Source of the DNA: Gemmatimonadales bacterium
Lineage (GTDB): Bacteria; Gemmatimonadota; Gemmatimonadetes; Gemmatimonadales; GWC2-71-9
Length of the DNA: 42,758 nucleotides
Assembly: GCA_035718325.1 (NCBI GenBank)
Contig: DASTHG010000021.1
Location: forward strand, 1 to 42,758
Reading direction: 5' to 3'
Shown here: positions 7,862 through 16,746 of the stretch, in pieces
Numbering within the stretch: the stretch's first letter is position 1
Layout: the number at the start of each line of letters is the position of its first letter
The notes under the pieces: generated by a model
Told to the model about the DNA's origin: nothing
Database searches by the model: none
What the model saw: the letters and a program-made list of their open reading frames with translations, nothing else
Program-made: the position numbers and the translations under genes

Positions 7862-9123
7862 CGCTGCGCCCACTGCCCCGATCCCGGCTCGACCGGATTG
7901 CGCCGCTGTTGCTGAACGGGTCGGCGCTCGTCGTCCTCGTTCCGGCGACCGACGACATGGCGTGGGCCGCGGAAGCGGCGTGGGGAGTGGCGCGGGCCGC
8001 AGCGGGCGGCGGGAGCGGCAAGCGGCGCGAGGTGGCGTTGGTCGATCTCTGCCTCGAGGCGCCGCTGCTGCACATCGGCAAGCATGCCGCAGCCGCACCC
8101 GGCATCACCGAAGCGTTCACGCACGAAACCTCGCTCAACGACCTCGCCCAGGATATCGACGGCGTGCACTTCCTGCCGGCCGGCACGCCCGAATCGGACG
8201 CCATCACGGTACGATCCGCTGCGCGGTGGCGCCGCCTGCACGCCGGCTTCCGCAATGAAGGCGCGCTGCTGCTCGTCTGCCTCCCGGCCGATCACCTGAA
8301 CGAGCTCGGGGCCGATCCCGAGGGCGTAATCGCCCTGGCGCCGGGCGGCGTGGACCTGGGTTCGACCACGGGACGCGCACTGCTCGCCGCCCGGGACCGC
8401 GGCGTGGAGCTGCTTGGCGTCGTCCGGGAGCGCTGGAGCGCGGCGACGCCCGCGATGCCGGCAACCGGACGGCCGCGGGTGCGCCACGGGCTGGTGGCGT
8501 TCGGCCTCGCCGCCGCCGTCACTGCCGCCCTCATCGTCGCAACCAACAAGCCTGGAACGCCCGTCGCGCCGGCCGCCCCTGCCCCCGCCCCCGGAGCACG
8601 AGAGACGTTCGGGACGGCACGGGCACCCGCCTCTGCCGAACCGACCATCCCGCTGCCCATGTTGTCCGCCGCCGATTCGAGCGGCTGGATGCTGCAGCTC
8701 GCCGCGTACGGCGCGCCGGGCCGCGCCCTCAGTCACGTGGATCGCCTCGTCGCCGCCGATCTGCCGGCGGTCGTCAGCCCCCTGACTCCGGATGTATCGG
8801 GGGCAGTGTGGTATCGCGTGCTGGCGGGAATGTATCGGACGCGCGAAGACGCGATGGCGGCACGGCGCACACTGTGGCGCCGTGGTCTCGCAGCGCGCGG
8901 TGAGGGAACGCCGGTCTTCGCCCCTTACTCCGTGGCCCTCACCAGACCGAACGACGCCGACCGGTTGCGCGGCGCAGGACTCGCAGGCGTTCGTTGGGGG
9001 CAGCGCGGCCCAGTCCTCGTGGGCGCGTTCGAGCACCCGGAAGCGGCCAGCGTTACGATGACCGCGCTGCAGCACGCCGGCATCGCCGCCACACTCATTC
9101 AGCGCACGGATCGGACCCAATGA
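7858..9123 (+). CDS. bitopic membrane protein: cytoplasmic MinD/BY-kinase-like domain with degenerate P-loop, one TM helix, tandem periplasmic SPOR-like domains
   Basis: The GTG 7858 start overlaps the upstream stop (GTGA). The N-terminal domain resembles the MinD/CapB family (VALVDLCLEAPLLH, GVHFLPAGTPESD, LLLVCLPAD, GVIALAPGG, GVELLGVV). TM helix LVAFGLAAAVTAALIVA. SPOR-like segments WMLQLAAYGAPGRAL...WYRVLAGMYRTREDAMAARRTL and PVLVGAFEHPEAASVTMTALQHAG. Confidence 0.75.
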   Translation: MTLRPLPRSRLDRIAPLLLNGSALVVLVPATDDMAWAAEAAWGVARAAAGGGSGKRREVALVDLCLEAPLLHIGKHAAAAPGITEAFTHETSLNDLAQDIDGVHFLPAGTPESDAITVRSAARWRRLHAGFRNEGALLLVCLPADHLNELGADPEGVIALAPGGVDLGSTTGRALLAARDRGVELLGVVRERWSAATPAMPATGRPRVRHGLVAFGLAAAVTAALIVATNKPGTPVAPAAPAPAPGARETFGTARAPASAEPTIPLPMLSAADSSGWMLQLAAYGAPGRALSHVDRLVAADLPAVVSPLTPDVSGAVWYRVLAGMYRTREDAMAARRTLWRRGLAARGEGTPVFAPYSVALTRPNDADRLRGAGLAGVRWGQRGPVLVGAFEHPEAASVTMTALQHAGIAATLIQRTDRTQ

Positions 9124-12100
9124 GATTGAGCCGGCTCGAGCTGGTGGGCTTCAAGTCCTTCGCGGGATCGGTGGAGCTCCCCTTCGACCTCGGCGTCACG
9201 GCCATCGTCGGGCCGAACGGCTGCGGCAAGTCGAACATCTCCGACGCCGTGCGCTGGGTGCTGGGCGAGCAGTCGCCGCGCCTGCTGCGCGGCGGCAAAA
9301 TGGAGGACGTGATCTTCCAGGGTTCGACCGGCCGCCGCCCCGTGAACGTGGCCGAAGTCTCACTGGTATTCGACAACTCCGACGGCTCGCTGCCGATCGC
9401 CTACCAGGAAGTCGTGATCACGCGCCGGCTGTCGCGCTCGGGTCAGAGCGACTATCTGTTGAACCGGTCACCAGTGCGGCTGCGGGACATTCAGGATCTG
9501 CTGCGCGGAACGGGACTCGGGGCGGATGCCGCGGTCGTGATGGAAGCGAAGATGATCGACGCGCTGCTGTCGGAAAAAGCCGAGGAGCGGCGCGCGCTGT
9601 TCGAGGAAGCCGCCGGCATCGGGCTGTACCGCAACCGCAAGCAGAGCTACGAGCGCCGCCTCGAGGAAACAGCGGGCGATCTGGCGCGGCTCGAGGATCT
9701 CATCTCCGAGGTGCAGACGCAGGTCCGCAGCCTGGCGCGCCAACGCGGCAAGGCGGAGCGCTACGAGAAGATGGTCGAGGAGCGTTTCGGCGTCGCGATC
9801 ACTCTGGTGCGCCGCGAGCTCGAGGATCTCGATCTGGCACTCGGGGCCCTTGGCGTCCGCACCCGCGAGCTCGCCGAGAGTACGCCGGCCGCCCGCAGCC
9901 GGTTCGACGAGGCGGAAGGCGGTCGGGAGACGCGCGTGCGAGAGCGTCATGCCGCCGAGATGCGGCGCGCCGAGATGGAACGGCAATTGGGTGAGTCGAA
10001 GCTGGAAGCCGAGCGGTTGCAGAGCGACCTGGCGCTGGCGGCGGAGCGCCTCACCAACGCCGCGCAGCGCCGCGACCGGGCCCTCGAGGAACGCGCCGAT
10101 CGCGACCGCCGCGCCGGTCAGGCGACGCGCGAGCGCGACGCCGCCGAGAGTGAGCGCGCCCAGGTTGAGAACGACCTGGCAGGGGTGAGCGCCGAGCTGG
10201 CGCGCCGCACCGGCGTCGAGGGAGAAGTCCGCGACCGGCTCGGAAAACTGCGCGACACAGTGCGCCGGCTCGAGGCGGAGCTGCAGCAGGTGAGCGAAGC
10301 GGCGCGCACGCTCGAGATCGAGCGGGCGGCGCTGGAGCGCGAGCGCGAGGAGCTGCGCGAAGCGCTGCGGCAGGCCACCGCCGATCGCACCACGCGCCAG
10401 CAGGCCGCGACGGCGGCGGAGCAGGCGCTGACCGGAGCGATGCGCTCCGCGGGCACGGCAGCGCAGGCGGCGGTGCGGGCCGTCGAGACGGTGCAGCTGG
10501 CGCGCCACCGCGTGGCGGCGCTCGAGGAACAAGAATTGACGGCGCATTCGGCCCGGCGCCAGGCGGAGAACGCGTGGTCGCAACTCTCCGCCCGCCACGA
10601 CGCGCTGGCGGAGCTCGATCGCGGGCACGTCGGGCTCGCCCCGGCGGCCCAGGCGCTGCTCGACGCGCGCAAGCAGTTCGGCGATGCCGTGCTCGGACCG
10701 CTGTCGGACTTCGTGCGCACCAGCCGGCGCGACGCCGAGCTGGCGGAGCGTCTGCTGGGCGAGTGGCTGCAGGCGGTCCTGGTGCGCGACCAGGCGGCCG
10801 CCGAGGCAATTCGCCAGTGGCACGCCAAGACGCAGCCGGGTCCGCTCGTGTTGTTGCCGTGTACACCGGGGCCCCGCCTCGCCGCGGATGGACATCCGCT
10901 CCGCGACGACCTGCGGGTCGACGGTCCGGCCGTGGCGTGGGTGCGCGCCCTGCTCACCGGCCACGAAGTGCTCGATGACGGCCGCACGCTGCGGCGTGCC
11001 AACGGCGCGATGTTCCTGGACGGCGGCTCGGCCGGGGCCGGCCCGTTGCAACGCCGTGCCGAGCTCGAGGCGTTGACGGCCGACCTGGCCGAGGCGGCCG
11101 CGGCGCGCGACCGTACGCAGGCCACGCTCGACAAGACGCTGCAGGATCTCGCCGCGGCGCAGGCGGCGCTCGGGGAGGCGGCCGGGTCCGCCGAGCGGTC
11201 GCGGGGTGAAGAACTCGAATCTGGCGCGCGCAAGGGCGAGGCGGAACGCGCGCTCGCCCACGCCAAACGCGATCTCTCCGAGGCATCTGCACAGGCGGAA
11301 CGGCTCAATCAGCGACTGATCGACGTCGAGTCCCGGCTGCGCGCGCTGGACGGGGAGTTGCAGGAGCGCGGCAAGGCCAGGCGCACGGCCGACGAGCTGC
11401 TCGCCAACGAGCGGGCCGCCCTGGTCGCCGTCGAGACGGAGCAGGAGCAGGCGCGGGAGCAGCGCGTGCACTGGCAGGTGGAAGCGGCCCAAATGGAAGC
11501 GCGTCTCAGTGGCGCGCGCGAGCGGGCCGAGCGGGCCGGCGGCGAAGCCGATCAGGCCCGGCAGGATTCCACCGCGCTGGCGGAGGAGGTCGCCCAGATC
11601 GACCGGACGACCGCGGAGCTCACGACGCAGCGGGCCCAGTGGCACGACGCCCTGCAGGAACGCAAACTGGCGCTGGCCGAGCTCGAGACAGCGACGCGCG
11701 ACGCCGCAACCGTAGTGACGCAAGCCGAGGCCGCCGTGGCCGCTGCCGAAGCGGGGGTGGAGACGGCGCGAACGGCACTGACGGCGCTGAGCGACGAGGA
11801 GCACCGGCTCGCCGTGGAGCGCACCGAGCTCGAAGGACGCAAACGCGCGACGGCCGAGCGTGTGGAAGCGGAGTGGCGCAAGCCGCTGACCCAACTGCTG
11901 CACGACGCGCCGGATGTCGCCGGGGATCTGGAGTGGCTGCGCTCGGAAAACGAGCGACTGCGCGGCGCCATCGACGCCGTAGGGCCGGTGAACGCGCTCG
12001 CCGTCGAGGAGCACGCCGAGGAAACGAAGCGCCTCGAGTTCCTCATGACGCAGCGCGACGATCTCGTTTCCGCCCGTGCGTCGTTGCAGCAGGCGGCGCG

Positions 12101-12590
12101 CGAGATCGACCAGACGGCGAAGACGCTGTTCCTCGAATCGTTCGGCAAGGTGCGCGAGAATTTCCGCGCCGTGTTTCAGACGCTGTTCGGCGGCGGTGAG
12201 TGCGACGTGCGCCTCGCCAACGAAGACGAGCCGCTCGAGAGCGAGATCGAGATCCACGCGGCCCCGCGCGGCAAGCGCACCCAGCGCATCCACCTGCTCT
12301 CGTCCGGCGAGCGCACCCTCGTCGCGGTGTCGCTGCTGTTCGCCATCTTCCTTGCCTGCCCCAGCCCGTTCTGCCTCCTCGACGAAGTGGACGCCCCGCT
12401 CGACGACGCCAACGTCGGGCGCTACGTCCGCCTGCTCTCGGAGTTCAAAAGTCAGACGCAGTTCATCGTCATCACGCACAATCCCCGCACGATGCAGGCC
12501 GCCGACGCCGTCTACGGCGTGACGATGCAGGAGCCCGGCGTCTCGACCATCGTCGGCGTCCGCCTCGGTCAGCTCGCCAAGACCGCCTGA
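9120..12590 (+). CDS. smc: chromosome segregation protein SMC
   Basis: The ATG 9120 start overlaps the upstream stop (ATGA). MRLSRLELVGFKSFAG...IVGPNGCGKSNISDAVRWVLGEQS (Walker A). Long Glu/Arg/Ala-rich coiled coils around a hinge (VLGPLSDFV...LQAVLV). C-terminal head with LSSGERTLVAVSLLFAIF...FCLLDEVDAPLDDANV...QFIVITHN. The signature motif reads LSSGE rather than LSGGE. Confidence 0.95.
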   Translation: MRLSRLELVGFKSFAGSVELPFDLGVTAIVGPNGCGKSNISDAVRWVLGEQSPRLLRGGKMEDVIFQGSTGRRPVNVAEVSLVFDNSDGSLPIAYQEVVITRRLSRSGQSDYLLNRSPVRLRDIQDLLRGTGLGADAAVVMEAKMIDALLSEKAEERRALFEEAAGIGLYRNRKQSYERRLEETAGDLARLEDLISEVQTQVRSLARQRGKAERYEKMVEERFGVAITLVRRELEDLDLALGALGVRTRELAESTPAARSRFDEAEGGRETRVRERHAAEMRRAEMERQLGESKLEAERLQSDLALAAERLTNAAQRRDRALEERADRDRRAGQATRERDAAESERAQVENDLAGVSAELARRTGVEGEVRDRLGKLRDTVRRLEAELQQVSEAARTLEIERAALEREREELREALRQATADRTTRQQAATAAEQALTGAMRSAGTAAQAAVRAVETVQLARHRVAALEEQELTAHSARRQAENAWSQLSARHDALAELDRGHVGLAPAAQALLDARKQFGDAVLGPLSDFVRTSRRDAELAERLLGEWLQAVLVRDQAAAEAIRQWHAKTQPGPLVLLPCTPGPRLAADGHPLRDDLRVDGPAVAWVRALLTGHEVLDDGRTLRRANGAMFLDGGSAGAGPLQRRAELEALTADLAEAAAARDRTQATLDKTLQDLAAAQAALGEAAGSAERSRGEELESGARKGEAERALAHAKRDLSEASAQAERLNQRLIDVESRLRALDGELQERGKARRTADELLANERAALVAVETEQEQAREQRVHWQVEAAQMEARLSGARERAERAGGEADQARQDSTALAEEVAQIDRTTAELTTQRAQWHDALQERKLALAELETATRDAATVVTQAEAAVAAAEAGVETARTALTALSDEEHRLAVERTELEGRKRATAERVEAEWRKPLTQLLHDAPDVAGDLEWLRSENERLRGAIDAVGPVNALAVEEHAEETKRLEFLMTQRDDLVSARASLQQAAREIDQTAKTLFLESFGKVRENFRAVFQTLFGGGECDVRLANEDEPLESEIEIHAAPRGKRTQRIHLLSSGERTLVAVSLLFAIFLACPSPFCLLDEVDAPLDDANVGRYVRLLSEFKSQTQFIVITHNPRTMQAADAVYGVTMQEPGVSTIVGVRLGQLAKTA

Positions 12591-12597
12591 GGTCCGC

Positions 12598-14883
12598 ATG
12601 CCCCGGAGTCGTCGGGCTCGTGGACACTGGTCCCGGGCCGCCGCCCTCATCGCCCTCGCCCTCCCGGGGACGCTGACCGCTCAGCGACCGGTGATCTCCG
12701 CGCCGCTCGCGCGGGCCATGACGAGCGGCCGCGACACCACGTTCACGGTGTGGTTCTTCGTGCGCCGCGACGTCCCCCTCGCGGACGCCGCGCTGCGTCT
12801 GCGTGCGGCAGGAGTGATTCCCCGCACCGTGAGCCGCTGGTTGCACGCCGTCAGCGCGCGTGTATCGGCGCAGGCGTTGATTTCACTGGGCCGCGAACGG
12901 TGGATCGGCCGCATCCAGCCCCTGGGGCGCTGGCGGCGCGTCGCGCGACCGAACCGGATCGACGAAGGGGCGGTACTGGTCGGCGACACCTGCGCCGCCG
13001 GCGGTGACCCCACGTACGGCCCCTCCGAGATGCCATATCGCCAGCTGCACCTGCGCCCGCTTGCCGACGCCGGGGTGAACGGCAGCGGCGTGCGCATCGC
13101 GATCCTCGATGCCGGATTCAATACTCAGGACCCCGTCTTCACCGGGGTGACGGTGACGGCGCAGCACGATTTCGTGTTCGGCGATTCGGTGGTGCGCGAC
13201 CAGCCGAACGACCAGCCCGGCGCGCAGTTCCACGGGACGGCCGTCTGGTCGCTGTTCGCAGGACTGGTTCCGGGGCGGCTCGTGGGGATCGCACGCGGGG
13301 CGAGCTACCTCCTCGCCAAGACCGAGGACATCCGCTCGGAAACCCGCGTGGAGGAGGACAACTACGTCGCCGCGCTGGAGTGGGCTGACTCGATCGGCGT
13401 CGACATTGTGTCGTCGAGCCTCGGCTACCTGTCGTTTGATAACGGCTTCAGCTACACGCCGTCTCAGCTCAACGGCGACGTCGCCGTCACCTCCGTGGCC
13501 GCCGACTCCGCGGCGGCCCGCGGCATCCTCGTGGTGACCGCCGCCGGCAACGAGGGCCCCGGGTTCCGGACCCTAATCACTCCCGGAGACGCGCATGCGG
13601 TCATCACCGCCGGCGCCGAAGACTCGCTCGGCACGATTACCGGCTTCTCATCGCGTGGGCCCACGGCCGACGGACGGCTCAAGCCCGATCTCACCGCGCC
13701 CGGGCTCGATGTCTGTACCGACGCCGGTGGCTCGCTGGGCCGGCTCGCCGGGACATCGTTCTCGACGCCGCTGCTCGCGGCTGCGGCAGCGCTGCTGAAG
13801 CAGCTGCATCCGGCACTGGGACCGCTGGCGCTGCGTGACGCACTCCGAGCGCACGCGTCGAACTACGCGACGCCGGATTCGACTCGCGGGTGGGGGCGGC
13901 CCGACGTCACTGCCGCGGCCACGTTTGCCGGCGGGGTGACGCCGCTCGCGCCGCTGCCGCCCACGCTGGCGTCCATCACCCCGGATTTCGCGTGGTCGGT
14001 CGGGGCGATCCCGGGATTCGCGCAGCCGGTGACCTACCGGCTGCGAGTGGCCCGCGATTCGTCGTTCCTGACCGTGTTCGTCGATTCCCAGCTCAGCATC
14101 GCGCAGTACTCATTACGCCAACCGCAAAAACCCGGTGCTTCGCTCTTCTGGCGCGTGGAAGCGGTCAGTGCGACGGCCGAGTCGGTGTCGACCGGTGTCG
14201 TAGGGCCGATCGCCGTTCCCGCCTGGGCCCGGCTCACCTCCCTGGCGGATAGCGGCGGATCGACGACGCCCGACACGCAACCCACGTTCACCTGGTCGCC
14301 CACGCCGATCGCGAGCCCCCCTGGACCGTTTCATTACGACGTGTTCGTGTTTCGGACCGGAATCCCGATTCCGGTGTTCGGCGCCGGCGGACTCACCGAC
14401 ACCACGTTTCAGATCCCGCGGCCGCTCGAGCGCAACGCGACCTACCGCTGGGAGCTGATCGTGCATGCCGGAGCCGATACGTCACGAATCGCCGCGTCGC
14501 GGCCGTTCGTGATTCTCGAGACCGGCGCGCCGCCCGCGACGCTGCTGTACCAGAACTTCCCCAATCCCTTCCCGTCGGCCGCGCAGGCGGCGACGTGTAT
14601 CTGGTTCGACCTCGCCACGCCGAGCCAGGTGGAGCTCGACGTTCTGACGCTGCGCGGCGGCATCGTCCGCCACGTGCTACCGAGCCCGAGCGTCCCCGCG
14701 ATCTTGTCACCCGGCCGCTACGGCCGCGGCACCACGGGTGCGAGTCTCTGTGACGAGCGATTCACATGGGACGGGCGCGCAGACGACGGGGAGTGGCTCC
14801 CCGCCGGGGTCTACCTGTACAAGTTGAAGGTGGGAAGCCTTATTCAGTTCAAACGACTCGTGTACCTCGGAAGGACGCACTGA
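12598..14883 (+). CDS. secreted S8 (subtilisin-family) serine protease with a C-terminal FlgD-Ig / T9SS-type sorting-like domain
   Basis: Signal peptide ...AAALIALALPGTLTAQ. Catalytic triad contexts VRIAILDAGF (Asp), FHGTAVWS (His) and LAGTSFSTPLLAAAAALL (Ser). The C-terminal tail LLYQNFPNPFPS...VELDVLTLRGGIVRHVL...FTWDGRADDGEWLPAGVYLYKLKVG is typical of the QNYPNPF-type tail domain. Confidence 0.9.
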   Translation: MPRSRRARGHWSRAAALIALALPGTLTAQRPVISAPLARAMTSGRDTTFTVWFFVRRDVPLADAALRLRAAGVIPRTVSRWLHAVSARVSAQALISLGRERWIGRIQPLGRWRRVARPNRIDEGAVLVGDTCAAGGDPTYGPSEMPYRQLHLRPLADAGVNGSGVRIAILDAGFNTQDPVFTGVTVTAQHDFVFGDSVVRDQPNDQPGAQFHGTAVWSLFAGLVPGRLVGIARGASYLLAKTEDIRSETRVEEDNYVAALEWADSIGVDIVSSSLGYLSFDNGFSYTPSQLNGDVAVTSVAADSAAARGILVVTAAGNEGPGFRTLITPGDAHAVITAGAEDSLGTITGFSSRGPTADGRLKPDLTAPGLDVCTDAGGSLGRLAGTSFSTPLLAAAAALLKQLHPALGPLALRDALRAHASNYATPDSTRGWGRPDVTAAATFAGGVTPLAPLPPTLASITPDFAWSVGAIPGFAQPVTYRLRVARDSSFLTVFVDSQLSIAQYSLRQPQKPGASLFWRVEAVSATAESVSTGVVGPIAVPAWARLTSLADSGGSTTPDTQPTFTWSPTPIASPPGPFHYDVFVFRTGIPIPVFGAGGLTDTTFQIPRPLERNATYRWELIVHAGADTSRIAASRPFVILETGAPPATLLYQNFPNPFPSAAQAATCIWFDLATPSQVELDVLTLRGGIVRHVLPSPSVPAILSPGRYGRGTTGASLCDERFTWDGRADDGEWLPAGVYLYKLKVGSLIQFKRLVYLGRTH

Positions 14884-14887
14884 TCCC

Positions 14888-15646
14888 GTGGAGCTGATTA
14901 CCATCGGCACCGGCACCGTGGCCCCCTCGGCGCATCGCACCTCCGCCGCGCACTTCGTGCGCCGCAACGGCGTGCAGCTGCTGCTCGACTGCGGACCGGG
15001 AACACTGCATCGCCTCGCGGCGTTCGCCATCCCCTGGCCGTCGATCACCCACGTCGCGCTGACGCACTTTCATCCCGACCATTTTGCCGACCTGCCGATG
15101 CTCGTGTACGCGCTCAAGTACACGACGCGGCCGCCGCGCGAAGATCCGCTCGTGATTCTCGGACCGCGCGGCGTCGTGCGCCTGCTCCGCTCGCTGGCGG
15201 AAGGCTACGGCTCCTGGCTCCTGGACCCCGGGTTTCCGATCGTCATTCTGGACGTCCAGCCCGGCGAACCGTTTCCGCTGGACGGCGAGCTCACGCTCGA
15301 AGCCTTCCCAGTGCCCCACACCGAAGAGAGCGTGGCGCTCGGCCTGACCGCTCCGGAGGGCCGGTTGGTGTATACGGGAGACACGGGGCCGTCGCAGGAG
15401 CTGGCCCGGTGGGCCAAGGGCTGCAGCCTGTTGCTCGCAGAGTGCTCCCTTCCGGAAACGATGGCGATGGACATTCATCTCACGCCCGAGCGTGCGGGAG
15501 AGCTGGCCCAGGCGGCGGGAGCGAAACGGCTCGTTCTGACGCACTTTTATCCCCCCGTCGAGACACCGGATCCGGCGCGCGGCGCGGCGACCCGCTTCAC
15601 GGGTCCCGTGACCGCGGCGAGCGACGGGGAACGGTTCACCATCTGA
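14888..15646 (+). CDS. MBL-fold metallo-hydrolase (RNase Z/BN-like)
   Basis: GTG 14888, 4 nt after the upstream stop. ELITIGTGTVAPS...LLLDCGPGT...VALTHFHPDHFADL (HxHxDH motif)...VYTGDTGPS...LVLTHF. Confidence 0.8.
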   Translation: MELITIGTGTVAPSAHRTSAAHFVRRNGVQLLLDCGPGTLHRLAAFAIPWPSITHVALTHFHPDHFADLPMLVYALKYTTRPPREDPLVILGPRGVVRLLRSLAEGYGSWLLDPGFPIVILDVQPGEPFPLDGELTLEAFPVPHTEESVALGLTAPEGRLVYTGDTGPSQELARWAKGCSLLLAECSLPETMAMDIHLTPERAGELAQAAGAKRLVLTHFYPPVETPDPARGAATRFTGPVTAASDGERFTI

Positions 15647-15661
15647 TGAAGGGATGACGTC

Positions 15662-16702
15662 GTGTTGATCGTGATGCGCCACGGGGCGACCGAGGAAGAA
15701 GTCCAGCGGGTCATTACGGTGATTCGCGACATGGGCTACCAGGCGCGCCCCATGCCCGGTTCGCAGCGCACCGCGGTGGGGCTGGTGGGCAACGATGGAC
15801 GGGTCGATTCCTCCCGGCTCGAAGGCCTCGCCGGCGTGCAGGAAGTGATCCACGTCTCCCAGCCCTACAAGCAGGTGAGCCGCGAGTGGCAGCCGGAGAA
15901 TACCGTGGTGCGGTTCCCGGGCGGCGTCGCGATCGGCGGATCCGAGGTCGCCGTCATCGCCGGTCCCTGCTCCGTCGAGTCCGAAGCCCAGGTCATTCAG
16001 GCAGCCCGGCACGTGCGCGAGGCGGGCGCGGTAATTCTGCGGGGCGGCGCGTTCAAGCCGCGCACGTCGCCCTATTCGTTCCAGGGGTTGGGGCGGCCGG
16101 CGCTGCAGCTGCTCGCCAAGGCGCGCGAAGAGACGGGGCTCCTCATCTGCACCGAGGCGATCGACGTCGAGGGCGTGGGATGGGTGTCCGAGGTCGCCGA
16201 CATCATCCAGATCGGCGCACGCAACATGCAGAATTTCTCGGTGCTGCGCGCGGCGGGACGCGCCGGCAAGCCCGTGCTGCTGAAGCGCGGCATCTCGGCG
16301 ACGATCACGGAGCTGTTGCTGTCGGCGGAGTACCTGTTCGCCGAGGGCAACCACGACGTGATCCTCTGCGAGCGCGGTATCCGCGGGTTCGATACCGCAA
16401 CCCGCAACGTGTTCGACCTGGCCGCGATCCCGGTGGTGCAAAAGCTGTCCCACCTCCCGATCATCGCCGACCCCTCCCACGCCACCGGGCTGCGCGACAA
16501 AGTCATTCCGATGGCCCGCGCCGCGGTCGCTGCGGGCGCCGACGGCCTCATCGTCGAGGTGCACCCCAACCCCGAAGTGGCGAAGTCCGATGGCGCGCAA
16601 TCGCTCTTCCCCGAGCAGTTCACACAGTTGATGCGCGAGGTTCGAGTGATCGCCGAGGTGATCGGGCGGCGGGTGGCGGAACCGACGGCGGTGGGAGCCT
16701 AG
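15662..16702 (+). CDS. aroF: 3-deoxy-7-phosphoheptulonate (DAHP) synthase, type I-beta with N-terminal ferredoxin-like regulatory domain
   Basis: The N-terminal [25 protein letters not shown] resembles the Thermotoga-type regulatory domain. Core motifs: [62 protein letters not shown]. Confidence 0.9.
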   Translation: MLIVMRHGATEEEVQRVITVIRDMGYQARPMPGSQRTAVGLVGNDGRVDSSRLEGLAGVQEVIHVSQPYKQVSREWQPENTVVRFPGGVAIGGSEVAVIAGPCSVESEAQVIQAARHVREAGAVILRGGAFKPRTSPYSFQGLGRPALQLLAKAREETGLLICTEAIDVEGVGWVSEVADIIQIGARNMQNFSVLRAAGRAGKPVLLKRGISATITELLLSAEYLFAEGNHDVILCERGIRGFDTATRNVFDLAAIPVVQKLSHLPIIADPSHATGLRDKVIPMARAAVAAGADGLIVEVHPNPEVAKSDGAQSLFPEQFTQLMREVRVIAEVIGRRVAEPTAVGA

Positions 16703-16711
16703 AAACAAAAC

Positions 16712-16746
16712 AGAATGTCGAATGTAGAATGTCCAATGTCGAATGC
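16712..16746 (+). repeat. five tandem 7-bp repeats (NNAATGT)x5, AT-rich, spanning the aroF/lolA junction
   Basis: AGAATGT CGAATGT AGAATGT CCAATGT CGAATGC read directly from the sequence. The array begins 10 nt after the aroF TAG. Each unit carries an ATG (16715, 16722, 16729, 16736, 16743). Confidence 0.9.

Noticed and set aside
8994-9119. Upstream extensions offered by the ORF track: smc (8994), prfA (to 22976), TldD-like (22702), DUF58 (27872), DUF4175-like (30126), last membrane protein (32158), MlaD-like (37615), rplI (67).
   Set aside because: Each extension overlaps the preceding gene extensively and translates to Arg/Pro-rich junk. In every case an internal ATG/GTG at the family's expected N-terminus sits at or next to the upstream stop codon.
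12292-12312. The SMC signature motif reads LSSGE instead of LSGGE.
   Set aside because: A single conservative change, with Walker A, Walker B (LLDEVDAPLD) and the D-loop intact. It is probably a lineage variant, not evidence of inactivation.
9468-12650. 1060-aa minus-strand ORF spanning almost the entire smc gene. Similar long shadows occur at 14849-16750 (-), 18191-20518 (+), 31909-34002 (-), 37780-39294 (-) and 38718-40541 (-).
   Set aside because: All are antisense to confidently identified genes and are dominated by R/A/G/P/L codons without domain signatures. The absence of stops in the reverse frame is expected from GC3-biased coding sequence.
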